DNA of 62,869 nucleotides, counting the filler, from Neolecta irregularis DAH-3 (taxonomy: Eukaryota): the NCBI GenBank assembly GCA_001929475.1. It is 9 parts of 9 records of this genome, joined end to end, with 100 filler letters (N's around TTAATTAATTAA, not from the genome) between each part and the next. Parts side by side here need not be neighbours in the genome. Positions count along the whole stretch, not along the records: positions 2,672 to 12,033 come from LXFE01000512.1; positions 12,134 to 14,585 come from LXFE01000513.1; positions 14,686 to 31,648 come from LXFE01004040.1; 6 more parts are not named here. One strand, given 5' to 3'. Both the position numbers and the translations under genes were made by a program. Each line of letters starts with the position of its first letter. The first letter of the stretch is position 1. The notes under the pieces were generated by a model. The model made no database searches. It was given only the letters and a program-made list of their open reading frames with translations, and was not told where the DNA came from. Positions 9,941-22,195 of this stretch are shown here, in pieces.

Positions 9941-11080
9941 ATGTTAACACCGTTTATCGTTTTGCTTGGAATCGTTGCTGCCTCGCCAACGTTAAGCCCT
10001 CCGCGTGCTACCGGAGAAAGCCAGAGCTCCCAGATTCCTCAGCGACCCCAAAAGACGAGTCTGGAGGTTACTCCAACGGCTTATCTCGATTACTCCAGTG
10101 ACCATGAGAACTATGGGTCGAGAAATAACATGATCGAAATGGCTCAGGATCCAGTGGGTCCTCCAACGAGTTCTCACGGCCATTTCGCTGGCAATAATAA
10201 TTATCGGTCGGACGAAGACAAGTTCAATGCGAGGAAGGCTCATTTACGACAGTTAGAGGAGATGTTATTCCAAGAATGGTTGGCCAGCGTTCCCTCATGG
10301 ATCGATGATTTCTGGAATGCAAATCTAGACGATACGGAGTTTCAAAAGGTTAAACCTGTAATCGCTACACTTTGGAATACAATTCAGCAGTTTAATTTAC
10401 CTCACCACCTTAATGATTACGACTATAATCCAAAGCATGTCCTGGTAAAGCTTGTCCGCAAATCTCTGAGCGAGGTTGGAATTGAGGTTTCTTATATCGA
10501 AATCATTGGAGTTTTCACTGAATACGTCCGTATAGGACGCCATTTTAATCACGGAATTTACAATCTAGATCTTCTTCAGCATTGTTTTGCCTATGCTTTT
10601 GCTACTGGGAAAGTGAATCCAATGAATCCACCAGACCAATCTAGCGATGATTCTGATAATTCTGATGATGATCTTGCTAAATTCACTAATGAAGAGCTCG
10701 CAATCGTGAGCAAGGCCATAGAAGATTGGCAACAATCTTCGAATTCGAATCTATCTCAGCCTGAAAAAGTCATGTCTGGAATCATCGAATTATGGCGGAT
10801 GATGGCTAGTATTAATCTCCATGCAGAATACAATACCTCTGAGAAATACTCTGAGAAATACTCCGAACTCATGCGCCGTTTCTTAAGTTGTGGAAGAGAC
10901 ATGGGGATTTGGATGAGTACTGATAACGCCGATGAATTTTTCAAAGCATTACTCCATACAATGAACCAAATGGATCACCTGGATGTCAATCTAGAATATT
11001 TTGCAAGATTCTTCTTCAAAGAACTTGAATACAGGAGGTCGGAACTCAAAGGTTATGAAGGGTCTGAAACGGATGAATGA
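9941..11080 (+). CDS. Intronless secreted protein, 379 aa, with two internally repeated helical domains
   Basis: Signal peptide MLTPFIVLLGIVAA-SP; repeats KVKPVIATLWNTIQQFNL / KVMSGIIELWRMMASINL and NHGIYNLDLLQHCF / DHLDVNLEYFARFF. Confidence 0.8.
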   Translation: MLTPFIVLLGIVAASPTLSPPRATGESQSSQIPQRPQKTSLEVTPTAYLDYSSDHENYGSRNNMIEMAQDPVGPPTSSHGHFAGNNNYRSDEDKFNARKAHLRQLEEMLFQEWLASVPSWIDDFWNANLDDTEFQKVKPVIATLWNTIQQFNLPHHLNDYDYNPKHVLVKLVRKSLSEVGIEVSYIEIIGVFTEYVRIGRHFNHGIYNLDLLQHCFAYAFATGKVNPMNPPDQSSDDSDNSDDDLAKFTNEELAIVSKAIEDWQQSSNSNLSQPEKVMSGIIELWRMMASINLHAEYNTSEKYSEKYSELMRRFLSCGRDMGIWMSTDNADEFFKALLHTMNQMDHLDVNLEYFARFFFKELEYRRSELKGYEGSETDE

Positions 11081-11719
11081 AGAGTTTGAAACGGATGAAT
11101 CAAGTGAGGCTGTGTATGTGCAATGAGTATATTTGAGTTGAAATGGCCACTCTAGGCTGGTTCTCCTTTGTCTTTTCTACTTCTGAGTGTTGTGGACGGG
11201 CCATGGGCCAAGATGGACTTTTTCACGTGACACCCTGATTAAATGCCAACCCCCACCGCCAAGCTTATTTGAGCAGTAAACCCATTCTTTTGTGAAAGTT
11301 GTGCGATGATTTCTTAGCCGTTTGTTGGTAAATTGAAAGATTCTTTGTGACGAACAAGTACATTGTTATCAATTAAGAACGCGGGTACTCACCATTGATA
11401 TCTTTGACTGTCTCAAAATAACCCGACGACAGTCGCAAGATTTGAATGTAAAGGACATTCGTTTAGAAAGAGGATCACATCCATCTAAACCGATCGCAAC
11501 GATCAAGAAGGGATCTCTATGCAAATCTTTGATGGCTCGATAATCAACCGATTTACATGTCGGAATCCCTCTTTTAGTATCGATTAAGGCTTTCAGCTCT
11601 TCTATTCTTTTGAGAATAAATTTGTCGATGTTCGAAGAGTCGCAAGAGGTTTCAGAAAGACTACTTCCACCATCTGCTTGTGCTGAAGATCCATGAGGGA
11701 CAAGACTTTTTGGCAAGGT

Positions 11720-12033
11720 ACCCGTCTCTCCTGCCCGTGCGCCTGTCTCGCCCGCTCATCTCGCGCGCCTCTCTCGCGCGCCTGCCTCGCCCGTCTCTCC
11801 CGCCATACCCGCCCGCCTCGCTCTCCCCTCCCGTCTTTCTCGTCCGCGCGCCCGTCTCTCCCGCCGATCCCGCGCTCCTGCCCCTCCCCTCCCGCCTGCC
11901 TCGCCCGTCTCTCCCGCCAGTCTCGCCTGTCTCTCCCGCCGATCCCGCGCTCCTCACCTGCCTGTCCCGCCCGTCCAGCGCGCCTTGCCAGTCTTCTCCT
12001 GCCCTACCCGTCCACCTCTCCCGCCCGCCTCTC
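11720..12033 (+). repeat. C-rich GC satellite running into the scaffold end
   Basis: Iterated CCCGTCTCTCCCGCC / GCCTGCCTCGCCC. Confidence 0.8.
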
Positions 12034-12139
12034 NNNNNNNNNNNNNNNNNNNNNNNNNNNNNNNNNNNNNNNNNNNNTTAATTAATTAANNNNNNNNNNN
12101 NNNNNNNNNNNNNNNNNNNNNNNNNNNNNNNNNCCCGCG

Positions 12140-12907
12140 ATGACGGTTGCATCCACCTGGGCCTCGCTTGTCGCGCACCACGACCCCGCCGTGATTGTCG
12201 TCGCAGGCACGCTGCTTGTGCAGTTGGTGTGCTTTTGGCTGCCCGCGCTGCTGTTTTTCATGGTCGACGTGTTCCGCCCGCGGGTGCTTTACGCGCACAA
12301 GATCCAGCCGAACGTCGAGGTCTCGCCCTCCGATATGCGCCGCTGCCTGCGCGTCGCCCTCACGAACCAGTTTCTGCTCGCCACGCCGCTCCAGGCCGTC
12401 GTCCTCCTCGGCGCGCGCGCGGCTGGACTGGTGCCGCTGCTCCGCGTCGCCGCCCGCCTGCCTGCGCCCGCCGAGCTGGTCCGCGACCTCGCGATCTGTT
12501 CCATCATCAAAGAGACGCTGTTCTACTGCTCACACCGCCTGCTGCACACCAAACACCTGTATCGCCGCTTCCACAAGATGCACCACCTGTTCCCTGCGCC
12601 TGTGGCCCTCGCCGCGCAGTTTTCCCATCCAGTAGAACATTTCCTGCTAGATATCTTCCCCATCATCGCAGGCGCACACCTCCTCCACAGCCACATCATC
12701 ACATTCTGGCTGTTTGTCTCATACACGCTGTTCAGTTCTACCATCAACCACTGCGGGTACCACATCCCAGGCAAGCCGGGCATCAGGTTTCATGATTGGC
12801 ACCACCAGTTTACCAACGGTGCTTATGGCCTACCCTCTGTCGATTGGCTTCTTGGAACTGATGGCGGATATCGCAGGACTTATGCCGCAAAAGTCCGGCG
12901 CGAGTAG
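12140..12907 (+). CDS. Fatty acid hydroxylase / sterol desaturase superfamily protein (FAXDC2/ERG25-like), intronless
   Basis: His boxes HRLLH, HKMHH and HDWHH; SHPVE; NHCGY; DWLLGTD. Confidence 0.9.
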   Translation: MTVASTWASLVAHHDPAVIVVAGTLLVQLVCFWLPALLFFMVDVFRPRVLYAHKIQPNVEVSPSDMRRCLRVALTNQFLLATPLQAVVLLGARAAGLVPLLRVAARLPAPAELVRDLAICSIIKETLFYCSHRLLHTKHLYRRFHKMHHLFPAPVALAAQFSHPVEHFLLDIFPIIAGAHLLHSHIITFWLFVSYTLFSSTINHCGYHIPGKPGIRFHDWHHQFTNGAYGLPSVDWLLGTDGGYRRTYAAKVRRE

Positions 12908-13399
12908 TTGTCAAGCGCCGAACCTCTTTTCCTGCCGTTCCCCTATCGCTCTCCACCAGTTACCTCCTTCAGCAAGCATCATCAAGTCTGTAATTTAGTG
13001 GTATTGTATATTCTTTATTCTGTTGTTCTTTCTGTTATTAAGGATGATTCTCTACACGTCCTGTATTGGCCATGGACCTCCACTTTGTACTTTCCTCTGT
13101 TATACACTAGTTCAAAGTTGCTCTGCTGTAAGTGAAGCATGCCCTTGTGCAGTGATATATAGAATCTGTATTCAGCATGATGCTTCTTCAAAGGTCCACT
13201 TTTGGCATCCAGTGTTGGGCATGGACCATGGACTTTATCCATGACTTTTAATCCATGTACTGGACTAGGGAAAAAGTCCAGTCCATCCTGTCCATCCAGT
13301 CCATGGACCGATGGACCGCATCACGTGATATTGGATTGTAGGGATTTGCCTTGTTATGGGAATAGCCACTACTCAACACATCCTTGATTCTCCACAACT

Positions 13400-13900
13400 C
13401 TCTCGCCTACCCGCCTCGCCTGCCCGCCTCTTCAGCCTTGCGCGCCTGTCTCGCACCTCGCCAGTCTCTCCTGTCTCGCACCTCGCCAGTCTCTCCTGTC
13501 TCGCACCTCGCCAGTCTCTCCTGTCTCGCCCACGTTCCGCACCTCGTCTATCCAGTCCCGCCTGCCTTTCCAGTCCTGCCTGCTTTTCCAGTCCTGCCCG
13601 CCTTTCCGGTCCCACCAGTCCCTCCTTCCTCTCCTGTCTCTCCCGTCCCACCCGTGTCTACTCTCCTATTCCGCCCGTGCCTCCTCTCCCGTCCCGCGCA
13701 TTCCGTCCCTCTTTGCCTCTCCCGCCCCACCTGTCCGGCGTGTCCCTCCCACCTCGCCCATCCCACTGGTCCCTCCGCCTTTCCTGTCCCGCCAGTCCCT
13801 GCCCAGCCATGCCTCCTCTCCCATCCTGCCCACTCCAGTCTTGTGCAGCAATCTTGCACCCCCCTCCCATCTTGAGCTCCTGTCTTGCCCACCTCTCTTG
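13400..13900 (+). repeat. C-rich satellite with a 25-bp tandem unit
   Basis: TCGCACCTCGCCAGTCTCTCCTGTC at 13451, 13476 and 13501, then degenerate units. Confidence 0.85.
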
Positions 13901-14685
13901 CCTTTCAAACATCACACTGCCACTCAGGATCGAGGGCCTGTTCCTTACTGGGGTCGCATCCTCCCTCTAGTGGGGTACGTGTGGCGCCGCTGACGAGATT
14001 TTGACTTGCCACATTTACGGTGACATTTCAACACAATGACTGTCAACCCTCTCTCCTGTCCCTTTTCCTCCTTGACCGGATCCAGGATGATGATGGCGGG
14101 TATTTCCTTCTCTTATTCCAATTATCTATTTATCTCTACTTCCGGGGAGGCTGGTAGCATGCTCTGCAGCCACCAACCGCTCCCGGATTTTCTTCCTTGT
14201 AATTCCTGTTTTCTATAAATGCTTGCAACATCTAGCTATACCCTGCGTGCAACACATTCTTAGCCGATACTACAATATTTTATTTTAACCACCATTACCC
14301 AGTCATACCACAATGAAGCAAATGCACAAGAATGAGGTCTTAAGATCGTAGGACTTGTACTCGCTCTTTTTGTGGTACTGATCGAAAGTTTTGCAATAGC
14401 GTACACCACTGCCTATTTATCAACGACCTCTCCACGAGTCCTAAACCTTTTTTCTCAATCATCCCGCAAAAAGATTACTCCAACCCTTGAGCAATTCTTT
14501 TCGGTCTTCTACAATGGCCTTCGATTGCGCGGGTTTGCTCCGTTCTGTGGACTATTCGTTTTCCTACTGCAAATCCTTCGAAAACNNNNNNNNNNNNNNN
14601 NNNNNNNNNNNNNNNNNNNNNNNNNNNNNTTAATTAATTAANNNNNNNNNNNNNNNNNNNNNNNNNNNNNNNNNNNNNNNNNNNN

Positions 14686-14991
14686 ATTGCCAGATTTGAC
14701 TCGGTACAAGCTCGTTTGCATGATCTGGCGTTAAATGTGCATACGATCAAGTTGCAACCTAAAAAGCCAGTCACTATCAAGTACTAATTCCTCAGTCTCG
14801 ATATGAGCCGGTGACTGAATGGGGTCTTTTAGAAATGCATTGGGATCGTCAATTTGCGGGTTGGGATTGTAATGCACTAGGGCTTCGTAGTTGACCGTAT
14901 CTTCATCCGGGACCAAGAGTTTCCACTCCTCCAAAACGCTTTGCAATTGTTGTATATTGTCAAAGTCTAAAGAGGCATCTTGGACGGTCAT
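14686..14991 (-). CDS. SLH1: 5' exons of SLH1, displaced by the assembly; continues at 31648
   Basis: 14686-14751 is identical to 31583-31648; the spliced product DWLFRSCKRAC...[16 protein letters not shown] joins the helicase N-terminus. Confidence 0.8.
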
Positions 14992-15053
14992 TGAGTGAAA
15001 ATTTCACGTGCACGATATATTTTACACTAATTGTTCAAGTCTGGTTTACAAAA

Positions 15054-16673
15054 CTAACCCAATAGTCTGTTTGACACGTATGCCATAGGTTTAATTGGGG
15101 GATGCGGGACAGCTTCAAAGATCTGATGGTCTAGTTTCAAGTCTTGCTTGATGTTGATGTAAGCTCCTTTATTTCCCTGGGAATCGCAATAATTAGGAGC
15201 GGAGAAGACGGTGATACACATTCCGTCGTGCTCGACATGGACGCCATCGTCTTTACATTCGTGACTTCTAATGATTCCGGCGAGATTATTTCTCTCGCAA
15301 AAGCGTCTAGTCACATCGGGTCCAAATTGTAAGCCTACTCCACGTTTACTCGGGCCTCTGCCGGGGGAGGTTTGTGGATCTGTCCAGAGCATTTCCATCA
15401 TGAGACCATCGCTTCCCGGCTGTTTACACGCATGCCGATTAATCGAACGGATATCATCAAGTGTAACATTATCGTCTGAAAAAAGCCCACCGTGAAGCAC
15501 GAGCCATTTTTTTCCTAATAAAGTTGCCTGAATCAGAAAGAAAATAACGATTACATACCAATGGTAGAAAAGTGAATGATTCAGAAAAGAGGGGAAACGT
15601 CTTGCCTGTGTATTTTGCCTTGCATTCGCCTTCGAATCCGTACATTTTATTCATATCGTCAGTTTCGTGATTTCCTGTGGTCAGTGCTTGATCAGTACTA
15701 CTGGGCACCTCTGTTTATCAGGAGATTCTGGGGGTATAACCATTTATAAGCATACAACAAAAGAGCGATTTCGGTCGACCACGATCCTCGGTCTACGAAA
15801 TCGCCGTTGAAAAGGTATGAATGTTGGACACTGGGATGACCATTTTTCCTGAAAATCTCCAACAAATCAAAGAATTGTCCTGAGATTAGATAAATAGAAT
15901 ATAGACGCACCGTGTGTATCTCCGCATACTGTAAACAGATGATCTTGGGGAACGGAAACTTCAACTAGAGTCGGTTCATTGAAAAAGATATTCCTGGCCG
16001 CTAAAATGATTTGATAAACATATTTTACCGCCAGCCGTTTCCCATTTTTAAACCGATCAATCATATCTTGGATAAACTCCAAAGTCATTTCATCGCCCAA
16101 TTTCGCCCCATTGTACCCTTCGTCGACAGCTGCCATTTAGAAAAGGAAAAGGCGGACATACTCATTTTATCGAGATCGATATCTTGGGAGGGAAGAGGTG
16201 GATCCTCGACTTGAATTGCTCTTTCAAATTCCAATCTTCTAATAAACTTTCGACATTCATCTAGTTTGATTTTGGCATTTTTATCATGCGGCGCCTTTTT
16301 CACAACGGCCAGGTAATCTACAAGAGCGTCTTTTGGTCTCAATGAAGAAGCGTAAGCGAGAGCACGTCGATAGTATGCTTTTATATAATCTGGATCAAGT
16401 TCAATTGCCTGCAGTAAGCCAAAAGATATATTCTGAATACCATTGTCGCATCTTGAATAGCCAGGCCGTGGCTTTCCATTTTAATATGGGCTTGGGCTCT
16501 ATTTGCATAAAAGATAGCGGTAGGTTCAAGGTCAATGGCCAGAGTATAATGTTTAATCGCGTGCGAGTAATCGCCTTCTTTAAGAGTTAACAGGGGATTA
16601 ACAAGGAAAATATACGGGCAAGACAAATGTTGCCCTTGTTTTTTTGTTCTTGGGCAGTATTGTTTGGGGTCAT
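15054..16673 (-). CDS. PPT1: Ser/Thr protein phosphatase 5 (TPR + PPP), multi-exon
   Basis: [32 protein letters not shown] and SAPNYCD motifs. Confidence 0.95.
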
Positions 16674-16932
16674 GATTGAAGTGTTGGAGTGCGGGCGTTT
16701 TCACTCCAAAATTTTTGACGATGACAGATTAATAAATTGTAATGATAAAATACAAGAGTGCTATGTATATATATTCTCCTTGTTTCTATCTAGACGATAT
16801 CCAGGACGTTGAGCGAGACGTTTTGCAGCAGCTGCGCGACGAGCGGGATCCATTTTGCTTTTTAAAGATTTAGATTCTGGAGCGAGTCTGCGAGTGGGGA
16901 GGTCGTCTATGTAAAGGCGAGTACTGGAAAGT

Positions 16933-16976
16933 TTGGAGGAGAGTTGGGAGGAGAGTTGGGAGGAGAGTTGGGAGGA
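16933..16976 (+). repeat. 12-bp tandem repeat GGAGGAGAGTTG, truncated by a gap
   Basis: About 3.5 units directly visible. Confidence 0.8.
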
Positions 16977-17063
16977 NNNNNNNNNNCTGCAACCTAAAAA
17001 GCCAGTCACTATCAAGTACTAATTCCTCAGTCTCGATATGAGCCGGTGACTGANNNNNNNNNN

Positions 17064-18375
17064 ATATTACCGACTCAGAGAAACCTCCTGGTCATTGACG
17101 TAGTGAACTTCATCGAAGATAACATACTCAACGTCCCTGATCAAATCTGAACCCCGGTACAGCATACTGCGTAAGATTTCTGTTGTCATAATGAGACAGC
17201 TAGCTTCCTGGTTGATCTGAACATCTCCAGTCAGTATTCCAACATCATCGAATGTCTCCTTAAAATCGCGAAATTTCTGATTACTCAGAGCCTTGATTGG
17301 AGATGTGTATATAGCACTAAGCAATATATATATATTCCTGAGAGCGGGCGGTACCGAGTCAAATGCTTCACTGCAAGGGCAATCGCATATTCAGCGACCA
17401 CAGTCTTCCCGGCAGATGTATGTGCAGCGACAAAGACAGAATCACCTCTTTCTAAAAGGTATATTGCTTCTTTCTGGAAGTTATCGAGCTCAAAAGGATA
17501 CTGAAGGTCAATGGGGAATCTGAAAAGGATTACACGCCTTCTTTGCTAGATCTGGAACCAGTTCGGAGAAGTTTGTGATCTCAAGATTGGTGTCAATCTC
17601 ATGAGCATATTTCCTAGATTTAGCGCGTGAATGAGAGGGTTTTAAGGTCTTCTCGGGGATCAGAAGCGGGAACTGTAGTCAGAGAGATCGCAACATATTT
17701 CTATCACCACCTCGACCGGCAATAGCTCATCAATGTTTTCGGATGAAGATGGCGCAGCCTGTGCATGCTTGTTCTTTTTTTGGTATATGAATCGGCGAAT
17801 TGGAGTAGACTCTTCGACCGTGCTATCAGGTCCAACTTCGAGATCTTCAGCTGAATCTTTGACGTCTATTCGAAGCCCACGGCTGAGGCCTGGCGCGACA
17901 TCTAATAGGCTATCGTTTGAAATATGAACGCGAGTATGAGGCTGGGCAAAACTAGGCTCCTGTCTGTCCAAAGGAAAAGAATAAGACGAAGATGATATCA
18001 AAGTAGTATCCATAGCGGATGTTCTCTGGGAAATTAATGAGCTCTTCGGTCCCAGCAATCCGCCATAAGTGTACTGGCAATGGTAAACTACAAGATCCAG
18101 CGTTGCGGCGAAACCTGTTCATAGCCGCGAATAGTTCCATCAAGGCCTTCACGAATGAACCGGAGCCTAGACCGTGATAAAGAAGGGCCAAGTTGAAACA
18201 AAGACGCATAATTTGGCTGAATTTCAGGCCGCCTTGAGGAACTCAGTCGGTTCAAAGTCACAGAAATGGAATAATACTGCTGAAGTTTGTCTATTAAAAT
18301 AGACGATAGATCAGGCGAGGGGTGAAGTAGTCCTTGGTAATCATCTTCAAGTTGCAAACATTTATCGACTGTCAT
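17064..18375 (-). CDS. SKI2: Ski2 RNA helicase, 5' part (3' end lost at a gap)
   Basis: [16 protein letters not shown]-terminus; [42 protein letters not shown]. Confidence 0.93.
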
Positions 18376-18761
18376 TAGAAAAATGTCGAGGTTTGATCTG
18401 ACGGCTACTTAATACAGAAGAGCACATGTTAACTCAAACCCACAAATTCTTTTATCAATAATGTCATGAACTATACAGAATAAGGAATGCTTTCCTTGTT
18501 CTGGCGAAGTATCTATAAACAAAAAAGGTATTTGAGTATGTACTCACAATAAAGATTGCATCTAAATAGGTTCCCGTCCATCTACCAATGCCTTCCCATA
18601 CGCTAGAGGGATATATTCAGATGCAAAGGGCAAATAGAGATAAATGCAGATATTTTACCGGAATGAATTCGATGTATAACTCTGAGGAGTCCCACTCAAC
18701 CTACTCTCCGCGTTGCCTGATTTGATTGACTGGTGTCATCCAGTTCTCCTCCATCTCCATC

Positions 18762-19265
18762 ATGTCCTGGCAAGGTATTTCTTCCTTTTGTTGCGGCTCT
18801 ATCTCACATATAACAGCTTACGTCGATGATAGTCTAGTCAAGAGCGGCTTTATTGATAAAGCAGCCATCTATTGTAGAACAGGGGATAGTGTTTGGGCAC
18901 AGTCACCCGATTTCCAGGTTGCTCCCAAGTCTATGTTCATAATTGACTTGACCAGCTTAAGCCGCAGGAATTGAAGACCATTGTTGCCGGGTTTGATAAT
19001 AACTACGAAATTTTAGCAAGTGGAATGCATGTGTGCGGCCAAAAATATCTAACCATCCGTGCGGATGATAGAAGCATCTACGGAAAATGGGTACACTTGT
19101 TGCTACAAAATCATACATTGAAACAATCAGAGTCAAGAAGGCATTGTTTGTGTGCGGACCAAGCTGGCGATACTCATTGGACATTACCCCGCCGGAATTC
19201 AGGTTCAACAAGCTACTGGAGTCGTCGAGAAGCTTGCCGATTACTTGATCGGTCTAGAGTTTTAA
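18762..19265 (+). CDS. PFY1: Profilin, 3 introns
   Basis: [12 protein letters not shown]...SVWAQS...[15 protein letters not shown]...[14 protein letters not shown]. Confidence 0.95.
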
Positions 19266-19314
19266 GCATATCAGACAGCTGTCACAATGCTGATATAAAA
19301 TTGCATTATTCCAA

Positions 19315-20286
19315 TTAATCCAATTCGCCCTGAATGTCTTCAAGAGCACCATCAAAAGTACTACGTTCATGTCCAGACCTAGTCGCGTTGGGCCCTACTA
19401 TGCTAGTTCGCCATAGATTATTACAACTCGGGCATTTCTTGCTATTGCTCAGGTTGGTTGAACAGTGCTCGTGGACATAGAAAGTGCACCGATTGTTCAG
19501 ACATCGAAAACCCTGTTACCAAGTCAAGTTTATGCGATTCACAATGCATACCCTAGTAACGAGAGTCTTGCAAACCCCGCAATCCTTGATGCGAATGAAG
19601 TTCCGCAGTGCTTGATCTTCTTCATCGTCCGAATCGTTGGCATATGTTAATCTCAAATAATTCCGCAATTCAACAGCAGCCCGGGGACTGAGCGAATAGC
19701 TACCGTTGCTATGGCGTCAGCCTCATTAACCATAATATAGACTCTGAAAGACACAGCCATTCGCCTTTTACAAGTTTGGAAAGCAAGTTCTCCGCAGCAA
19801 GCATGCTGAGTCCACAAGATTTGGCGTGGTGTAAAGCCTCTGTAGATGTTACAGACATTAATTCACCATTGTTGGTGTTGTTCTCTCGAAACATATTATC
19901 AAGCAGTTTACGAAGAAATGGAAGATCGTAAGCGCTATCGAAGGATGTCGCTGATTGTGTTGCCGCATCTGAAACTGCGTTAACCTCTAGTTAGCTTGAA
20001 AGTGAAAGGTTTGTACAAAGACCCATAAAATAGAACCATCCGCTTCATCACGCGTCTTTACGATGTCCAAATCGAGAATCTGGATCTTGTCCTTGATTGC
20101 GGAGACGTAAATGTCGATAAGGGACTCTTCTATATCTTGAGGGCTTCGTTGTCGGCCGTCTTGAGCGCTCAAACACAGAGCTAATCGCGACTTTGCAGTC
20201 GCTAGATTGAGAGTACGTGCGGCAATAAATGCTTGTAGAAATGCACGATGAGTATCTGAATAGCCGTCATCTTCGTTGTCAATCAT
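19315..20286 (-). CDS. NSE1: Smc5/6 complex subunit Nse1
   Basis: YSDTHRAFLQAF N-terminus; C-terminal RING-like CGVC..C..C...HEHC...CPSC...W. Confidence 0.88.
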
Positions 20287-20365
20287 TAAACTGAGGGTGG
20301 TTGCCGATAACCCTATTGAACTCGCTGCCAACCACCGCCAGACACTATTTCATTCCATAGCGTCC

Positions 20366-20886
20366 ATGTGGTTGACTGACTCTCAGAAAATTGGGGTCTT
20401 TTTGACCGCCTTTGGACTTCTATTCATGCTACTAGGCGTTTTTATGCTATTCGATGCTGCTCTTATCGCAATGGGAAATGTAATAATTATCACATTCTTT
20501 TCTAATATCACACTAGCTACTATTTTTGTCTGGTCTTACCTTAGTAATTGGTTTCGCTAAGACTTTCTACTTCTTCGCGAGGAAACAGAAAATGCGTGGA
20601 TCGATTTGCTTTCTTGGAGGCATTGTGCTTGTATTTCTCAAGCGGCCTGTATTCGGCGTTTGTATCGAGGCCTTTGGATTTCTCAATTTGTTTGGGTACG
20701 TGATGGTTTTGGTTGCACTGACCACAAGTGATTTCTTCCCAGTTGCAATATCATTTATGAAGAATCTTCCTGTTGTTGGACCTATACTGCGATTACCTTA
20801 CATTGCATCGGTATCCCTTTGGGTTATTTTTAATTGACTCGTAGGCGGTGGATCGGCTGTCAGGAGTTAGATCACTACCAGTATAA
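20366..20886 (+). CDS. GOT1: Golgi transport protein Got1
   Basis: MWLTDSQKIG...FDAALIAMGN...FGFLNLFGDFFP...LPV. Confidence 0.93.
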
Positions 20887-20910
20887 TGGAAATTAATCAT
20901 TCAATTGCTA

Positions 20911-22195
20911 TCAAAGATCTTCAATAATCTCTTTAATCTCGCTCGGGCCTTGCGTCAGTACACTTGCAACAGGCTGATTCGCTGCCACCGGGCCCATGTC
21001 CGCTTCATCCTCGATTTCGAAACAAAGTTCATCAACAACATCCCACACAATGTCTTCTGCTATCTGCTCTTCGTATCTTTCACATAAAGGCCTTACATTG
21101 TCATTTGTAAACAAATCTGCAGGAGGATGCGAGAAATTTGGTCCAAAGTTGAAGCGTACTGAACCAGAACGATAGACGCTGATTGCCGGAAAATATCCAC
21201 ACATCCCATCATCTAAAGTCCGCTTAGACTGGGAAAGCTGTGAATAAGGTGGCATAAATGCAAACATGTCTTCAAATGCCGTACCAACATAATTTCCATT
21301 ATTGTAGACTCGAATGAAGGATCCAAGCAATGCAGGGGGTTTTGAGCTTTTTAATTCATTTGCTGTGGGATATAAAAGATCGTCCATTGCCTTGGTCACA
21401 GCGTATTCAAATTGTTCAAAGTATAATTGGCCCTTATACCGGATGGGCATTCGCTCCCGGCTGACAGGATGACTTTGTGAATCGAGAGATTGACTGAGAA
21501 TAGGTGGTAGAGAGATATGCATGCCTATCACATCACCTGTAATAAAAGGCTTCATGAATGGTCTCGGTCTCGAAAAATGAACCTTTTCTCCAGAAACATC
21601 TCGTATTCCGTATGAATATCCGTCGAACCCCACTGGTGCATCGAGGGAAGCTAAATTCTTCTTAAAAAATATAGCAAGACGCACTCATACCCTCGCGTCT
21701 GGCCCATCCTATACGTACATGTCCACCGTTATCGCCGGCAGCTCTTTCGATAATAAATTCTACATACCAGGAACCCTCTCGCACACAAACGTTCGCTCTA
21801 GCTGTTCTAAAGCCTTTGTTTGTTGATACAGAGAGCGCGTCGCCGTCAATCAAAGCAGCAGAGGATGAATCATGTGGATTTACGGCAGCTCGATAGGGAG
21901 GTAATTCAATTTGGCGGTACATTAAGGAGGGAAGTAGGGTGGTTGCTTCGCATGGTGTATATCTAAAGCCACGACGGTTTTCCGGTATCTCTGAATACGA
22001 ATAGAAAGACCTGGGCAGATCCAAAGAAGTGGCAGCCGCAAGTAAAGTAGCAGGTTTAGGAACGGTACAAAAATCGGAAGGTTTATGGGGTGGAGGCTTG
22101 ATTCGTGAAGAACGGTTATTTGCGCTTCCTGTTGGATCTTTTGGAGCTTTCTTACGAGTTCCAATGGCAGTGTTGGCGTCTGGAGGGGAAGCCAT
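20911..22195 (-). CDS. ASH2: COMPASS SPRY subunit Ash2/Bre2 (start uncertain)
   Basis: GFRTARAN, HVRIGWARRE, LDAPVGFDGYSYG, RYKGQLYFE, YFPAIS, FNFGP. Confidence 0.92.

Noticed and set aside
11369..11716. 115-aa ORF, and similar fragments at 2188-2402 and 62104-62406
   Set aside because: No recognisable motifs and flanked by stops and repeats; possibly decayed genes but not supportable without a search
13356..13970. Pro/Ser/Arg-rich ORFs here and at 11661-12085
   Set aside because: By-products of stop-poor C-rich satellite DNA
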